Positions 47,913 to 63,051 of a DNA stretch of 64,000 nt are shown piece after piece; position 1 is the stretch's first letter; every line of letters starts with the position of its first letter. The DNA is from the human T2T-CHM13v2.0 reference genome, Homo sapiens. The notes beneath the pieces were generated by a model that saw nothing but the letters and a program-made list of their open reading frames with translations, ran no database searches and was not told the origin of the DNA. The DNA is taken from the NCBI RefSeq assembly GCF_009914755.1, contig NC_060932.1; one strand, 5' to 3'. Made by a program: the position numbers and the translations under genes.

Positions 47913-48730
47913 TCAAAAATGATATCCTAAACCTTGGTGGGAACTTTGTCTTTCCACTTGAAGCGGTTCCTTTAAACCTTGCAAACTTTTTCCTAGTCCC
48001 ATACCAGGGACATACCCCATTTCATGCATTATATGTTGACTTTGAGGGCTATATAATTGTTCAGGAATTAGAACTTGTGCTCCCCATTGCTGTAACAAAT
48101 CTATTCCCCATACACTTATAGGTACAGAAGTTATAATTGGTTGAATAGTCCCAGGTTGTCCATCGGGCCCTTCACAATGCAAAATATAACTACTTTGATA
48201 TACTTCAGGGGCTTTACCAACTCCAACTATGTTAAATTGAGTGGGTTGAATTGGCCACGCGGATGGCCAGTGTGTAGAGAAATGATTGAAATGTCCGCTC
48301 CTATATCTACCAAACCTTTAAATTTCTTTCCCTGAATAGTTATTTCACAGGTAGGACATTTATCAGTAATTTGATTTATCCAATAAGCTGCTTTGCCTTG
48401 CTTATTCGTGCTTCCAAATCCTCCTGTTCATTTAATTTCATTTTTCCCCATTCCCACATACGGCACAATCGGGAGCTGTGCTCTGAGTTCTCCTGGCTCT
48501 GCTTTCCAGGGAACGGAAGTAGATATAACAATTTGAATTTCCCCATTGTAATCTGAATCAATGACTCCTGTTTGTACTTGTACCCCTTTTAAATTTAAAC
48601 TAGACCTTCCTAAAAGTAATCCTATCATCGCTGCTGGCAAGGGTCCACAGACTCCTGTTGGGGCGTTTTGCAGGGGTTACCCAGTCAGAAGGCTCACAGC
48701 TTTTGTGCAGCATAAATCTACTGCGGCACT
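47913..48730 (-). pseudogene. HML-3 dUTPase-protease-G-patch remnant
   Basis: GLLLGRSSLNLKG...GVIDSDYNGEI (dUTPase), GLVDIGADISII (active-site DTG mutated to DIG), MGYVPGMGLGK (G-patch). Confidence 0.85.
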
Positions 48731-48799
48731 ACCGGCTGTGGCAGGGGACAGACATTGTACGGGGTGAGGGAATGGCCTGAGCCACAAATGCCCTGGTTT

Positions 48800-50114
48800 G
48801 GAATGGGGCCGGGATGGGCCCCTCAGGGTGTTTCCCGAAATCGGGTTCCCATCTTTATCAAACTTAGAATGACACTGGTTAGCCCAATGTTTTCCTTTTT
48901 GCATTTTGGACATACTTCAGGCTCAGCAGTTTTCTTTTTTCCCCCATCTGGTGGCCTGACTTCCTGATTTTTTTCTACATTCTTTTTTAGTATGACCATG
49001 CTTCCCACAGTTCTCCAGGAAATGGAGTATTTCCTTTATCCACTCTCAGTCCTGCCATTGCCTGTGCCAACAAAGTAGCTTTATGCAGATTACCTCCGAT
49101 ACCATCACAGGCCTTGATATAATCAACTAAATGTGCTTTCCCTCTAATAGGTGGCAGAGCAGCCTGGCAATCGGGATTAGCATTGTCAAAAGCTAATAAC
49201 CACAACACTTTATCTTGAGCAGCCAAATCTGCAATTACCTTTTTAAGAGACTCCTGTAACCGAGCTATAAAATCGTCATATGGTTCTTTTGGTCCCTGCT
49301 TTACAGCACTAAAGGAAGGTTATTGCTCTCCACCTGAAGTGATTTTTTTTCCCAGGCTCTAATGCACACTCCTCTAAGCTGTTCTATGGCATCATCCTGC
49401 ATGACCACTTCTACATCTAAACCAGCCCAGCCGCTGACCCCCAAAAGTTAGTCTGCAGTTATATTAATTTGAGGTTGGGCCTGGGTGTTGCGAGCAGCCT
49501 GAATGGAAGCTTCATCTGCCCACCAAGTTTTAAATTGTAAGAAGTGAGTGGGAATTAGACCAGCTCGAGTAAGAATGTTCCAGTCAGTAGGACTCATCCG
49601 ACTGGAAACAGCAACATTCTTTAACAGTCCCATTACAAAAGGAGAACCTGGTCCATACTGATTAATAGCTTGTTTAAAATTCTTTGAGTAATTTAAAAGG
49701 AAAAGGCTCAAATGTAGCTGTAATAGTTCCCTGTTGATCAGGTGGGTGTATTCTAACAGGGAACTGCCAAGCCTCTATATCACCCTCTCGTCTAGCTTGC
49801 TGAATTCCTGCCTGAATAGAACTGAGAGTGGTCGCTGGAGGCGCTGCTCGAACAGTCACTGGGGCAACTACTTTTCACTCAGTGTCCTCCAGAAAAGAAA
49901 GATCTGGAGGGTGAGGCCACTCTTTTTCTTCAAAATAATAATGAGGGGGTGCAGAAGGGTAGGGATGAACCTCTCCCTCCTTTGCCACTTTAGCTTTAGC
50001 TGGCAAATAAACCTCCTCTGTAACCTCTTCTGTTATCTCGTTACACTCTCCTTCCTCATCATCAGTGTGAAAAGGTTCCAAAGTGGAACGAACCAGAGCC
50101 CACACTTGTCCCAT
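48800..50114 (-). pseudogene. HML-3 gag remnant (frameshifted)
   Basis: Fragments MGQVWALVRSTLEPF, PYPSAPP, KQAINQYGPGSPFV (capsid), LAFDNANPDCQ...YIKACDGIGG, and CCHC knuckle CPKCKKGKHWANQC spread over several frames. Confidence 0.85.
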
Positions 50115-50896
50115 TGTTACCCTGATGCTTCTGAGCTCCCCTTCTTACCCACCACGGGGATTGCTTTAAGAGTACTTGGGTGTCCTCCAGCTTAGCTCCA
50201 CATTCTCCAACCATTGCTCTGATGACTCTTCGACCTGGGTTTGAGCCCCCACGTATGGGCGCCACTTGCCAAGACCAGCTCGGTCCTGGAGACCCTAACC
50301 CAGCGGCACTAGAGGAATTAAAGACAGACACATAGAAATATAGAGTGCGGAGTGGGAAATCAGGGGTCTCACAGCCTTCAGAGCTGAGAGCCTCGAACAG
50401 AGATTTATCCACATATTTACTGACAGCAAGCCAGTGATAAGCATTGTTTCTATAGATTAACTAAAGATATTCCTTACGGGAAATAAAGGGATGGGCTGAA
50501 ATAAAGGGATGGGTTTGGCTAGTTATCTGCAGCAGGAGCATGTCCTTAAGGCACAGATCGCTCATGCTATTGTTTGTGGTTTAAGAACACCTTTAAGGGG
50601 TTTTCTGCTCTGGGTGGGCCAGGTGTTCCTTGCCCTCATTCTGGTAAACCCACAATCTTCCAGCGTGGGCGTCATGGCCATCACGAACATGTCACAGTGT
50701 TGCAGATATTTTGTTTATGGCCAGTTTTGGGGCCAGTTTATGACCAGATTTTGGGGGCCTATTCCCAACAGGGAAGAAGAGGGCTCCCTAAGGAACTAAA
50801 TAAGATAACATCATATTAAACATATTGAATGAAACCAAATCCCACATCAAATATAATTTCTAGGTATAGAAGAGTTGAATTGCAGTTGATTAGTTA

Positions 50897-51133
<237 letters not shown>

Positions 51134-51136
51134 TCA

Positions 51137-51241
<105 letters not shown>

Positions 51242-52035
51242 TCAAAAAAAAAAAAAAAGTATGTGTGCATTTATTTATTTTATTATCGAGACAGGCTCTT
51301 GCTCTGTTGCCCAGGCTGGAGTGCACTGGCATGATCTTGGCTCATTGCAACTTTGACCTCCCGGACTCAAGTGATCCTCCCACCTCAGGCCCCAAGTAGC
51401 TGGGGCTACAGGCACGTGCCACCATGCCTCGCTAATTTTTGTATTTTTTGTAGAGACAGAGTTTTGCCATGTTGCCCAGGCTAGTCTCGAACTCCTAACT
51501 CAAACAATCCACCTGCCTCAGCTTCCCAAAGAACTGGGGTTACAGGCGTGAGCCACTGTGCCTGGCCTTAGCATTAATTAATTCCTACCTGTACGGTTTA
51601 CATTCTGGAATCAGTACATTTTATTTTCAGGTTTCAAACAGTTCGTTGATCCCCAAAAAGCCTATAGGCCCTAGACACTGTACCTAATACTGATAAAATG
51701 ATCCTTTATAAGTATGCCATAGAAGTCTTTCAAATTAATATAAATACACATTGCTTGAAAATGGATAGGTGTTTACATGGTTGGCAGTGACAAAACACTC
51801 TAAATTCATTCATATACTTATTCAACAAGTTTAGAGGAATATCAACCATGCACCAGGCACTGTGGTTGGTGCTGAGTAAAGAGTGGGAACAAAACTCACA
51901 TGGCTCTAACTTCATGGAACTTAAGTCTTTGGAGGAAATGGTAAGATAAGTAAGTATAGCTGGTGATGAGTGCAATCCTTACCCCACAGAGAAAATAATT
52001 AGAATAGGAAGGGTAGCCTATTTTTGATTAGATGG

Positions 52036-53266
52036 TGCTATGGTCTGAATGTTTTTGTCCCTCCAGAATTCATATGTTGAAATAATACCTTCAAGGTTCT
52101 GTCCTCTCTGCCGAGCTTCACATCTGATATTTTATTGACTACTTGGCAATTAAGAGGTGGGACATTTGGGAGGTGATTAGGTGATGAGGGCTCTCATCAG
52201 ACACAGAATGTCCAGCGCTTTGATCTTGGACTCCCCAGCCTCTAGGACTGTGAGCAATAAATGTCTTTGTTTATAAATAACAGTAGTCGCACTTATCCAT
52301 GGTTTCATCTTCTGTGGTTTCAGTAACCTGTAGTCAACATCAGTCCAAAAATATTAAATAGAAAATTCCAGAAATAAACAATTTGTGAGTTTTAAATTGC
52401 ACACCATTTTGAGTAGCATGATGAACTCTCGTACCATGCTGCTCTCTCTAGGCAAGAACATGAATCATCCCTTTGTATCCACACTGTTGGTACTACCTGC
52501 CCATTAAAGCTTTCTCAGTTATCAGATACATTGTTGCAGTATCAGAGTACTTGTGTTCAAGTCACTCTTATTTTACTTCATAATGGCCCCAAAGCACAAA
52601 AGTAGCGATGCAGGTGATTTGGATCTGCCAAAGAGAAACTGTAAAATGCTTTAAGTGAAAATGTGAAAACTTCTTGATTTCAAAAGGAAAGAAAAAAAAC
52701 TATATGCTGAGGTTGCTAAGATCTATGGTAAGAATAAATCTTTTACCCATGAAACTGTTAATGAGGAAAAGGAAATGTGTGCATAGTATATAGAGGGTTC
52801 AGTATTATCTGTGGTTTCAGGCATCCACTAGAGGTCTTGGAATGTATCCCCCGAGGATAAGAAAGGACTACTATACCCAGTCTAAGGTATAACTGTCCCT
52901 CAGTATGCTTGGGGAACTGGTTCCTGGACACCCTGATGCCAAAATCTGCAGATGCTCAAGCCCCTGATATAAAATGGTGTAGTATTTGCATATAACTAAC
53001 TGATGCATATCCTCCCATATCCTTTCAATCATCTTTATATTATTCAGAATATCTAATACAATTCCTACATATCACTTCATTCATGTGGCTTCAATGTAGC
53101 ACTTGGCATGCAGCAAATTCAAGTTTTGCTTTTTGGAAACTTGCGTAATTTTTTCCCCCAAATTTTTGATCCAACGTGGGTTGCTGTCAACCAGTCACAG
53201 ATGTCAAACCCACAGATACAAAGGGCCAACTGTATTTTGTTATAGCAGCCAGAAAGAACTAAGACA
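52036..53266 (+). mobile_element. MLT1A-type LTR containing MER44 (~52281-52873) and MER2-type (~52890-53232) Tigger MITEs
   Basis: The MLT 3' end 'gtttataaata | tacccagtctaaggtat | tattttgttatagcagcc..aactaagaca' is split twice by elements with cagtagtc../..gactact and ..gtccctcagtat../..gggccaactg termini. Confidence 0.75.
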
Positions 53267-53287
53267 GTCAAGGAGGGTTTCCCTGAG

Positions 53288-53675
53288 TGTGATGGTCAGT
53301 TTTTTGTGTCAACTTGGTTAGGCTACATTCCCAAGTCATTAGTCAAACACTAATCTAGATGCTGCTGTAAAGGTATTTTTGTGGATGTGATTAAAGCCCA
53401 TCATCAGTTCACTTTAAGGAAGAGAGATTATCCTAGCTAATCTGGGTGGGCCTGATTCAATCAGTTGAAGGCCATAAGAGCTGAGATGGGCTTCCCTGAA
53501 GAAATTCCTCCTGTGAACAACAGCCTCACCCCTTGCATGAGAGTTCCAGCTTAGTGTACAGATTTTGGACTTGCTTAGCTGGGGCTCCACAATCATGTAA
53601 GCCAATTCCTTACAATAAGCCTTTTGATATCCATCTACTACTAGTTCTGTTTCTCTGGTTGGAAACTGAGTATGT
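53288..53675 (+). mobile_element. MLT2 (ERVL) LTR
   Basis: tgtgatggtcagttttttgtgtcaacttgg ... aatctgggtgggcctgattcaatcagttgaaggcc ... ttctgtttctctgg. Confidence 0.75.
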
Positions 53676-55029
53676 GACATCCGAGACATAAAGGGTCAGA
53701 AGGTGTTAGGGTGGGGGCAAGTGGAAGCGGTTGGGGGTGGAGAGTCAGCTTTGCTTTTTTGGAGAATGAGGGTGTGATCGAACACATAGAAAGAGAAAGA
53801 GAGAAGTAGGCAGGGGCTGGATGTAGCTCAGAGATAGGTTATGGAAAGCAGTTTGGATTTTAGATTTTAAAAGGAAGGGGAAATAACTGAATTTGGCTCT
53901 TATTTTTAATTTTTTTCCATTAAAAAAATACATTATAGAAAAAATATATAGAGACGGGATCATGCTGTGTTGACCAGGCTGGTCTCCAACTCCTGGCCTC
54001 AAGCGATCCTCCCATCTCGGCCCCCCAAAGTGCTGGGATTACCGGTTTGAGCCACGCGCCTGGCCTCAATTTGTCTTTTAAAGGATGATTTTGACTACAA
54101 GAGAACTACTTGGATCAGGGTTGGGGGTGGGAGATGAGGGGGTGTGATTTCAGAGGCCAAGTACAGAATGAGTGAACAACTGGGAGAGACACATCGGCTG
54201 AGATTAGAGAGATGGTCCGGTAGACAAAAGTGTAAGCATGAGACCCGAGGTAGGACAAGCAGAACTTGCAGATCTATTACAGATGTAGGGGTGAGGAGTG
54301 CCAGGGTGACTCTTGAGTGTCTGGCTTGAGCAGCTAGGCAAATGGTGTGGATCAAAAAAGCAGCAGGTTGCAGGGAGGACGGCAGTGTTAATCGAAAGTC
54401 ATGTTCTGTAAGTTTTAGGTTCGATACGACTCTGAGCGGAGATGTCAATTAGTCAACCGAATGTCAGGTGTGAAGATCGGCACAGAGGGCAGAACCAGAG
54501 ACATTCATTAGAGAGCAAACAGGTAGAGGGCACTTAACCTATAGGAAGGATGCACTCATATAGAGCGAGAAAAGGGCCAGAAGGAGCCCTAATGAGTAGA
54601 GAAAGACAGGCTGAAAAGGACATCGGCGAGGTCAGAGAAATACCTTTAGGGTGTAATTACGCCTACGCGAGTGGGTAAAATGAGGGCATAATGACGCGGA
54701 CTGGATTGCAATAAACAGCTTTTATTCTTTTATCAGAGACACGATCTAGCTTTTTAGCCCAGGCCGGAGTGCGGTGGCATCCTCACAGCTCGCTGCAGCT
54801 TCACTGGGCTCAGGCGATCCTCTCGAGTAGCTGGGGTACAGGCGCAGGCCACCGTGACAGGCTTTTTTTTTTTTTTTTTTTTTTTTTTTGAAGAGAGGGT
54901 CTCACTATGTTACCCAGGCTAGTCTCGCAGTCTGGCACTCCTGGCCTCAAGCGATCCTCCTGCCTCGGCCTCTCGGCCTCCCAAAGTGCTGGCCTGTGCC
55001 CAGTCAATGGCTGTTCCAAATTAGGGTCT

Positions 55030-55800
55030 ACCCATCTCTATGCAGGGCTAAAGTCCGCGGGCGGCCCCGCACCGCTACCAAAAGTACAGTCCTGTGCGCC
55101 CAGACGCGACGCACACAAGAGTCGCAAGCTTCCGGGTCCCCGCCCCACCCCGGCTCCGCCCCTCCCCCAACCCTGCCAGGCTCTCCAATCGCATGTGGAA
55201 TTATCGCTCTACCCAGGCGGTGGTGTCGATCTACGTTCCAATTGGGGCCGTACCATGGCGGAGAAGACTCAAAAGAGGTGGGTTTGCTGCTTGAGAAAAG
55301 CCTTTTCTCAGCTTTCCGTAGGGGTGGAACCTGTTCCTGGTCGCCAATGGTGGCGACTCAGAAGGTGTCTCATCCTGGGCATTCGGGCCGAAGGTACCTG
55401 AAGCCCAGACCTGGCGTCCACTGAGGGAGGGGGCGACGGAGTGGGGGCGGGGAGGGTTGAGAAGGGACGCGGAGTCGCTGCCTGGAAGGTTTTTGTTCCT
55501 GTCTGGCCGTCCCTCCCCACATGCGCCTGCGCAGAGGGGGTCTCCCGGCCGGGAGGGCGGGGGGGGCTGTGAGGGGAGGGTGACGTCAGCTTTTTCCTGG
55601 GGAAGGCCGGCTCCCTTCTCCCGCATAATCGGCGGTGCTTGGCGCCGCTGTACCCCACGGCTTGGCGCTGGATTCTCTGCTGCATGTTGCGAGACCCCCA
55701 CGCCAGTGCTGGCCGCACCCCAGGCCCTTCCTGTCTCTGGAGGGTGGGGTGTGTAAAGGGATTTACGGTCGCTGTCAAAAGGGGGGCCGCGCCTGGACTT
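55030..55800 (+). promoter_or_regulatory. DCTN6: DCTN6 CpG-island promoter / first-intron regulatory region
   Basis: High GC and CpG content; GC boxes (cccgccc, ctccgccc at ~55138-55162), CCAAT at ~55185, NRF1-like TGCGCCTGCGCA 55522-55533, perfect CRE TGACGTCA 55581-55588. Confidence 0.85.
55255..55277 (+). CDS. DCTN6: DCTN6 (dynactin p27) exon 1 coding part
   Basis: Kozak accATGG; encodes MAEKTQK(S); donor AAGAG|gtgggt, phase 2. Confidence 0.93.
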
Positions 55801-55829
55801 GAACTGTGACACACACACACACACATTAT

Positions 55830-56460
55830 ATAGATGCAAGGAGTACTTGCGCAGATTTGTTGCATAGATAAATTGCGTAATGGTGAAGTTGGCTTCTAGT
55901 GTACTTACCACCCAAATAGTGAACATTGTATCAGATGGGTAATTTTTCAGCCCTCAAACCCCTCCTACCCTCGCTGCTTTTAGAGTCCCCAGTGTCTGTT
56001 ATTTCCCTCTTTATGTTTATGTGTACTCATTTTAGCTCCCACTTAAAAGTGAGAACATGTGCATTTGATTTTATTTCTGAGTTATCGCGTAAGGTAATGG
56101 CCTCCAGTTCCATCCATGTTGTTGCAAAAGACATGTTTCCTTTCTTTTTGATGGCTCTGTAGTATTCCATCGTATAGATACACCACATTTCCTTTATCCA
56201 GTCATCCGTTGATGAACACTTAGGTTGATTCCATACTTTGCTATTGTGAATAGTACAGTGATAGTCATAGGAGTGCAGTTGTCTTTTTAATACAATGGTT
56301 TCCTTTGAGTAGATCCTGGGTCGAATGGTAGTTCCGTTTGGATTGGTAGCTCTATATGGATTGCTGGGTCCAATGGTACTTGTGTTTAGTCCTTTGAGAA
56401 ATCACCATACTATTTTCAATAGATGAACTAATTTATATTCCCACCAATAGTGTATAAGCT
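55830..56460 (-). mobile_element. L1 3' fragment (L1PB/L1MA-like)
   Basis: 'tttagctcccactta...gtgagaacatg...atggcctccagttccatccatgttgttgcaaaagacatg...ccatactattttc'. Confidence 0.8.
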
Positions 56461-57468
56461 TAGAACTGTGACATTTTTTGCCAGGCGTGGAGTGGACAAG
56501 CTCCTTTGTAAACATGTGGGGACAGGAAGTTTGGCTTCTTCTCCGGTAGTCTTCATTGCTGGGGGCTGTTGGTGGCTGTTGGTGGCTGGGATGAGACAAG
56601 TGCATAAGTAAAGCCATTTCGAACAGCAGCAGTGTTGAGCTCCCTCTGCTGACTATTTTTGACAAAGAAAACTGACATTGTTTCTGGTGCCATAAATTAA
56701 AATGTAGATTTTTCTTCCATTTAAGTAGATACTCTGTAATCTTTTTTCATAAGCTAAAGAGGAACAGATGTACTATAAATATTATGTGCAGTAGATAGCA
56801 GTAGATAGTAGCTTACAGTGAAGATTAAGGTATTGTTGACTTGTTACTTTTACAGATCTGAGGTTAAGTCTTGCCCTCCCATCTGCCGGCTCACCTCTCT
56901 GCTCCCACCACTCCGAGATACAAGGGGTCCTTGCAGAGATATCGGGACCACGTTTTAGTTGGCCTAGTGGCCTGCCCCACTGAGAAGTGTGCTGATTGTG
57001 ACGCAAGCATTACCTGGGATCTCTCCCTTGGGCGTAAAACTGAAGGCAGGGGGCATTTGTGAGTCTCTCCTACTCTCAGTTGCCCAGGACAAGTTCAATG
57101 TTAGATAATGCTCTTTTCATAATGAGAAGGAAGCTGAGGAAATGGAAAATTGCAATGAGAAATAAGGTCTAAAACAAGAGACATTTTATAGAGGCTAATG
57201 TATTTGACCAGGGCTTAATAAAATTGCATATTTTAACAAAAAAAACCCACTTTAAATGAAAAGTATCAGAGAAATGACATTTACAGCTGGTGATACATTC
57301 AAGGACAGTGTCGCTCATTTATCATGGAAAAACATCTGGAGTGACAGGATGTTTCCAGAAAACTTTCAACTAGAAGACAGATGACTGATTTCAGGACAGT
57401 GATGCCCCAGGAATGAACTCTGCTCCAAGAAATTTCTAGTCTCTGAATTTCAGTTTTTTCTTCTATAA

Positions 57469-58005
<537 letters not shown>

Positions 58006-58509
58006 TGACTTACGCCTTATAAAAAGTCAGAGCCTAACAAAATGATGGAAACAGCTGGAGCTGTGTCTATTCTCAAAACCATTTCTTGAAGATAGACTCA
58101 GGGATTATTAGTTTTTTTCTATTTGATACATGTTTTTTTGTTTACTTAGAGCTTTAAAAATTCATGGCGGTGTGAAGGTTTGTCCACCCTAATTTGTGGA
58201 AGAAAAATTTGTGTATGTCTTCTTTTTTTTTTAGTTCATCACACCAGTAGGGAAGTTGGTACAATCTTAAAAATAGTTTTCATCTTACTTTGCATGTATA
58301 TTAGGGAATACTTGGGGGGAAGATTCTGGCATAGAAATGATGGAGAGACATGTTAATGAAAGAATCTTTACCCTTCTGACTCTCAGAGCTGTATTTTTAG
58401 AACTCTCTTATGAGCTTCAGAATCTGTATTTTCAGTCGCTTATTGGATATATCTGGTGACCATTCCATAGATACCTCAGACTGAGTTTATCTAAAATTTA
58501 GCCAAATGA

Positions 58510-58911
<402 letters not shown>

Positions 58912-59015
58912 TGAGCTTCCCTCTCCATCAGGAATCATCCCTTCCCAGGAAGGGGACAAGATGGCACCAGTTTCCTTATTTCACTCCATGCCCCTCACAC
59001 CCATCCTTCTGTAGT

Positions 59016-59390
59016 TGATATGGTTTGGCTGTGTCCCCACCCAAATCTCATTTTGAAATGTAGTTCCCATAATTCCCACATGTTGTGGGAGGGACCAGGT
59101 GGAGATAATTGAATCATGGGAGCCGTTTCCCCCATCCTGTTCTCATGATAGTGAATTAGTTCTCATGAGATCTAATGGTTTTATAAGGGGCTTCCCCCTT
59201 CACTGGGCACTCATTCTCTTCCCTGCCACCATGTGAAGAAGGACGTGTTTGCTTCCCCTTCTGCCATGGTTGTAGGTTTCCTGAGGCCTCCCCAAACATG
59301 CTGAACTGTGAGTCAATTAAACCTCTTTCCTTTATAAATTACCCAGTCTCAGGTATGTCTCTATTAGCAGTGTGAGAACAGACCAATACA
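59016..59390 (+). mobile_element. THE1-family solo LTR
   Basis: tgatatggtttggctgtgtccccacccaaatctc...gaccaataca; flanks gtagt/ctagt. Confidence 0.88.
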
Positions 59391-59429
59391 CTAGTCAAAC
59401 TTACTTCCCCTGCACAGAGAAGAAAGCAA

Positions 59430-59715
59430 ATATAGTTTGCTCTTTATATCCATGGGTTCCACATCCATGGATCCAACCAACCTCAGATCGAAAATAGGAA
59501 AAAAAAATTGTGTCTGTAAACAATACAGTATAATTATTTACATAGCATTTACATTGTATTAGGTATTGTAAATTATCTAGAAATGACAAAGTATGAGAAG
59601 ATGTGTATAGGTTTTATGCAAACACTGCAGCATTTTATATCAGAGACTTGAACATCTGAGGACTGGTCCTGGAACCAATCTCCCACAGATACTGGGTACT
59701 GAGGGATGCGACTGT
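59430..59715 (-). mobile_element. MER2-type Tigger MITE
   Basis: 'tatccatgggttccacatccatggatccaacc...ggtcctggaaccaatctcccacagatac...gagggatgcgactgta'. Confidence 0.7.
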
Positions 59716-59873
59716 ATGCACTTTGTGGTCCATGGGGCCTGTAACAAGGAATGGGAAATACCTACCTTCAACGTTGCCTAGAAACCAGATTTTTATTAAA
59801 TGTGTTTGTTGCCAAGTCTTGTTTCTATTTCCTAGACATACCTGCAGCTTCTCCTATGTGCTACCAGTGCATT

Positions 59874-60225
59874 TGATATGGTTTGGCCCTGTGTCCCCAT
59901 CATATCTCATCTTGAATTATAATGCCCACCTGTTGAGGGAGGGACCCGTAATCCAAGTGATTGGATTATGGGAGTGGTTCCCCCATGCTGTTCTTGTGAA
60001 ACCTGATGGTTTTATAAATGGTAGTTTTTCCTGCGCTCACACTGTCTCTCTGTCCTGCTGCCTTGTGAAGAAGGTGTCTGCTTCCCCTTTACCTTCCGCC
60101 ATGATTGTAAGTTTCCTGAGGCCTCCCCAGTCATGTGGAACTGTGAGTCAATTAAACCTCTTTCCTTTATAAATTACCCATTCTCAGGGAAGTTCTGTAG
60201 AGCAGTGTGAAAATGGACTAATACA
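59874..60225 (+). mobile_element. THE1D/MSTA-type solo LTR
   Basis: tgatatggtttgg...ggactaataca; perfect 5-bp TSD gcatt. Confidence 0.88.
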
Positions 60226-60601
60226 GCATTTCAGGCCTGCATTATCTCTGTAGGATTAGACCAACTGCCTCCCTGACCCCCCCCACCACCAAGTACTTCT
60301 TCATACAAGTGTCAATTATCTGCATACCATTTGGTGACATTGTTGGCTTGGGAATAGGAATCCTTCAGTGACTTCTTGCCTACAGGTGCAAATTCAAATC
60401 CCTGGTCATGGTGTACAAGCTTATTCATGGGCTGATCCTGCTTTTCCTCCCAGCCTTACCTGCTCCCTTTCTCTTCATGACTTTTGTGCTTCTTCTCATT
60501 CAGTGATGTCCAACCTGGGAGGGGGGAAGAGGTTTTTACTTTGTTACTTACCAGTCTTTGCTTAGATGTATGCATATGGTATTTAAAAATAGATAGAATA
60601 G

Positions 60602-60821
<220 letters not shown>

Positions 60822-60919
60822 TAGCCAGGATGGTCTCGATCTCCTGACCTCGCAATCCGCCAGCCTTGGCCTCCCAAAGTGCTGGGATTACAGGTGTGAG
60901 CCACCACGCCCAGCCTTAA

Positions 60920-61371
<452 letters not shown>

Positions 61372-61834
61372 TGAGAGCAGATTTAACACCATGAATGTCA
61401 TTGCCATTTAGAAAAATTCTTTTATTAATGAAAAGAAGTTTCCTAATAACTATCACTGTAATGGAGAAGTCATTTGATGTACTTCCTCATGTCAGCTCAT
61501 GGTTCAGCTAGGGTCAGTGTTTACATACAGCTTTGTCAAACAAAAGATAACAGCAGAATATAAAAAAGCATCAATAAGTTATATGGAAATTATTAGAGTC
61601 TTTTGAAGAATTTGTACTACAATTTATATTACTTGGTAAAAAGTTTCTCATATATGTGTATGTATATATATATATGAGAGTAAACAGAAACATTTGTAAA
61701 TTTTAAATTTCTAAGTTAGTATTACCTTGCTGGTTGTTAAATAGTTTGAATGTATATTTTTTCTTCCTACCTTTACAAAAATAATGGCATATTACATACT
61801 GTCCATTTTCTCACTTCACTCTTTTTTACTTTTA

Positions 61835-62221
<387 letters not shown>

Positions 62222-62589
62222 TTAAGCAGTTCTCCTTCCTTGGCCTCCCAGAGTGCTGGGATTACAGGTGTGAGCCACTGTGCTCAGCCATTCCAAAATC
62301 TTGACAAGAGATTATTCATTCTTTTTGATGGCCATGTAATAGTCCATAATGTGCCATAATTTATTAACTAATCTTCCACTGATGAATATCTAGGTTGTTT
62401 TCAGCTTTTTGTTGTTTAGAAACGTGCTGCTATTAAAAGAAAAGATTCAAAACTCTTCTCAAGTGTTTTAGCACATGTGATTTGGGATGATGGACAATAT
62501 ACCAATTGAAAAATTTATAATGTATTAAAACCTTACCCTCTTACCATTGACTTTCCATTTTTCCATCTTTTTTTTTTTTTTTTTCCTGA

Positions 62590-62748
<159 letters not shown>

Positions 62749-62955
62749 TAGTAGAGATGGGGTTTCTTCATGTTGGTAAGGCTGGTGTTGAACTCCTGAC
62801 CTCAGGTGATCCGCCCACCTCGGCCTCCCAAAGTGCTAGGATTACAGGCGTGAGCCACTGCGCCTGGCCTTTTTTTCCATCATTTTTTAAACCTTGTTTT
62901 CATTACAATGTCACGGTAGCTCCTCCAACAGTATGTTTAATCTTACCCCTGGTAA

Positions 62956-63051
<96 letters not shown>

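Larger units (their letters stand above)
45944..50770 (-). mobile_element. HERV-K(HML-3)/HERVK9 provirus with MER9 LTRs, internally deleted (4.8 kb)
   Basis: 5' LTR 50267-50770 and 3' LTR 45944-46450 both start TGTTGGGAATAGGCCCC on -. TSD gggaa (45939-45943, 50771-50775); Lys-type PBS TGGCGCCCATACGTGGGG (50264 downward); PPT aaagaagggggaca before the 3' LTR; gag/pro/pol/env remnants present. Confidence 0.93.

Noticed and set aside
54888-55926. Long ORFs (164-231 aa) on both strands around the DCTN6 start
   Set aside because: GC-rich CpG-island sequence plus Alu/L1 has few stop codons; no recognisable domains.
59016-60225. Two co-oriented THE1/MST LTRs as the ends of one provirus
   Set aside because: Each has its own flanking TSD (gtagt/ctagt; gcatt/gcatt), they differ substantially, and the spacer is MER2 rather than internal ERV sequence.
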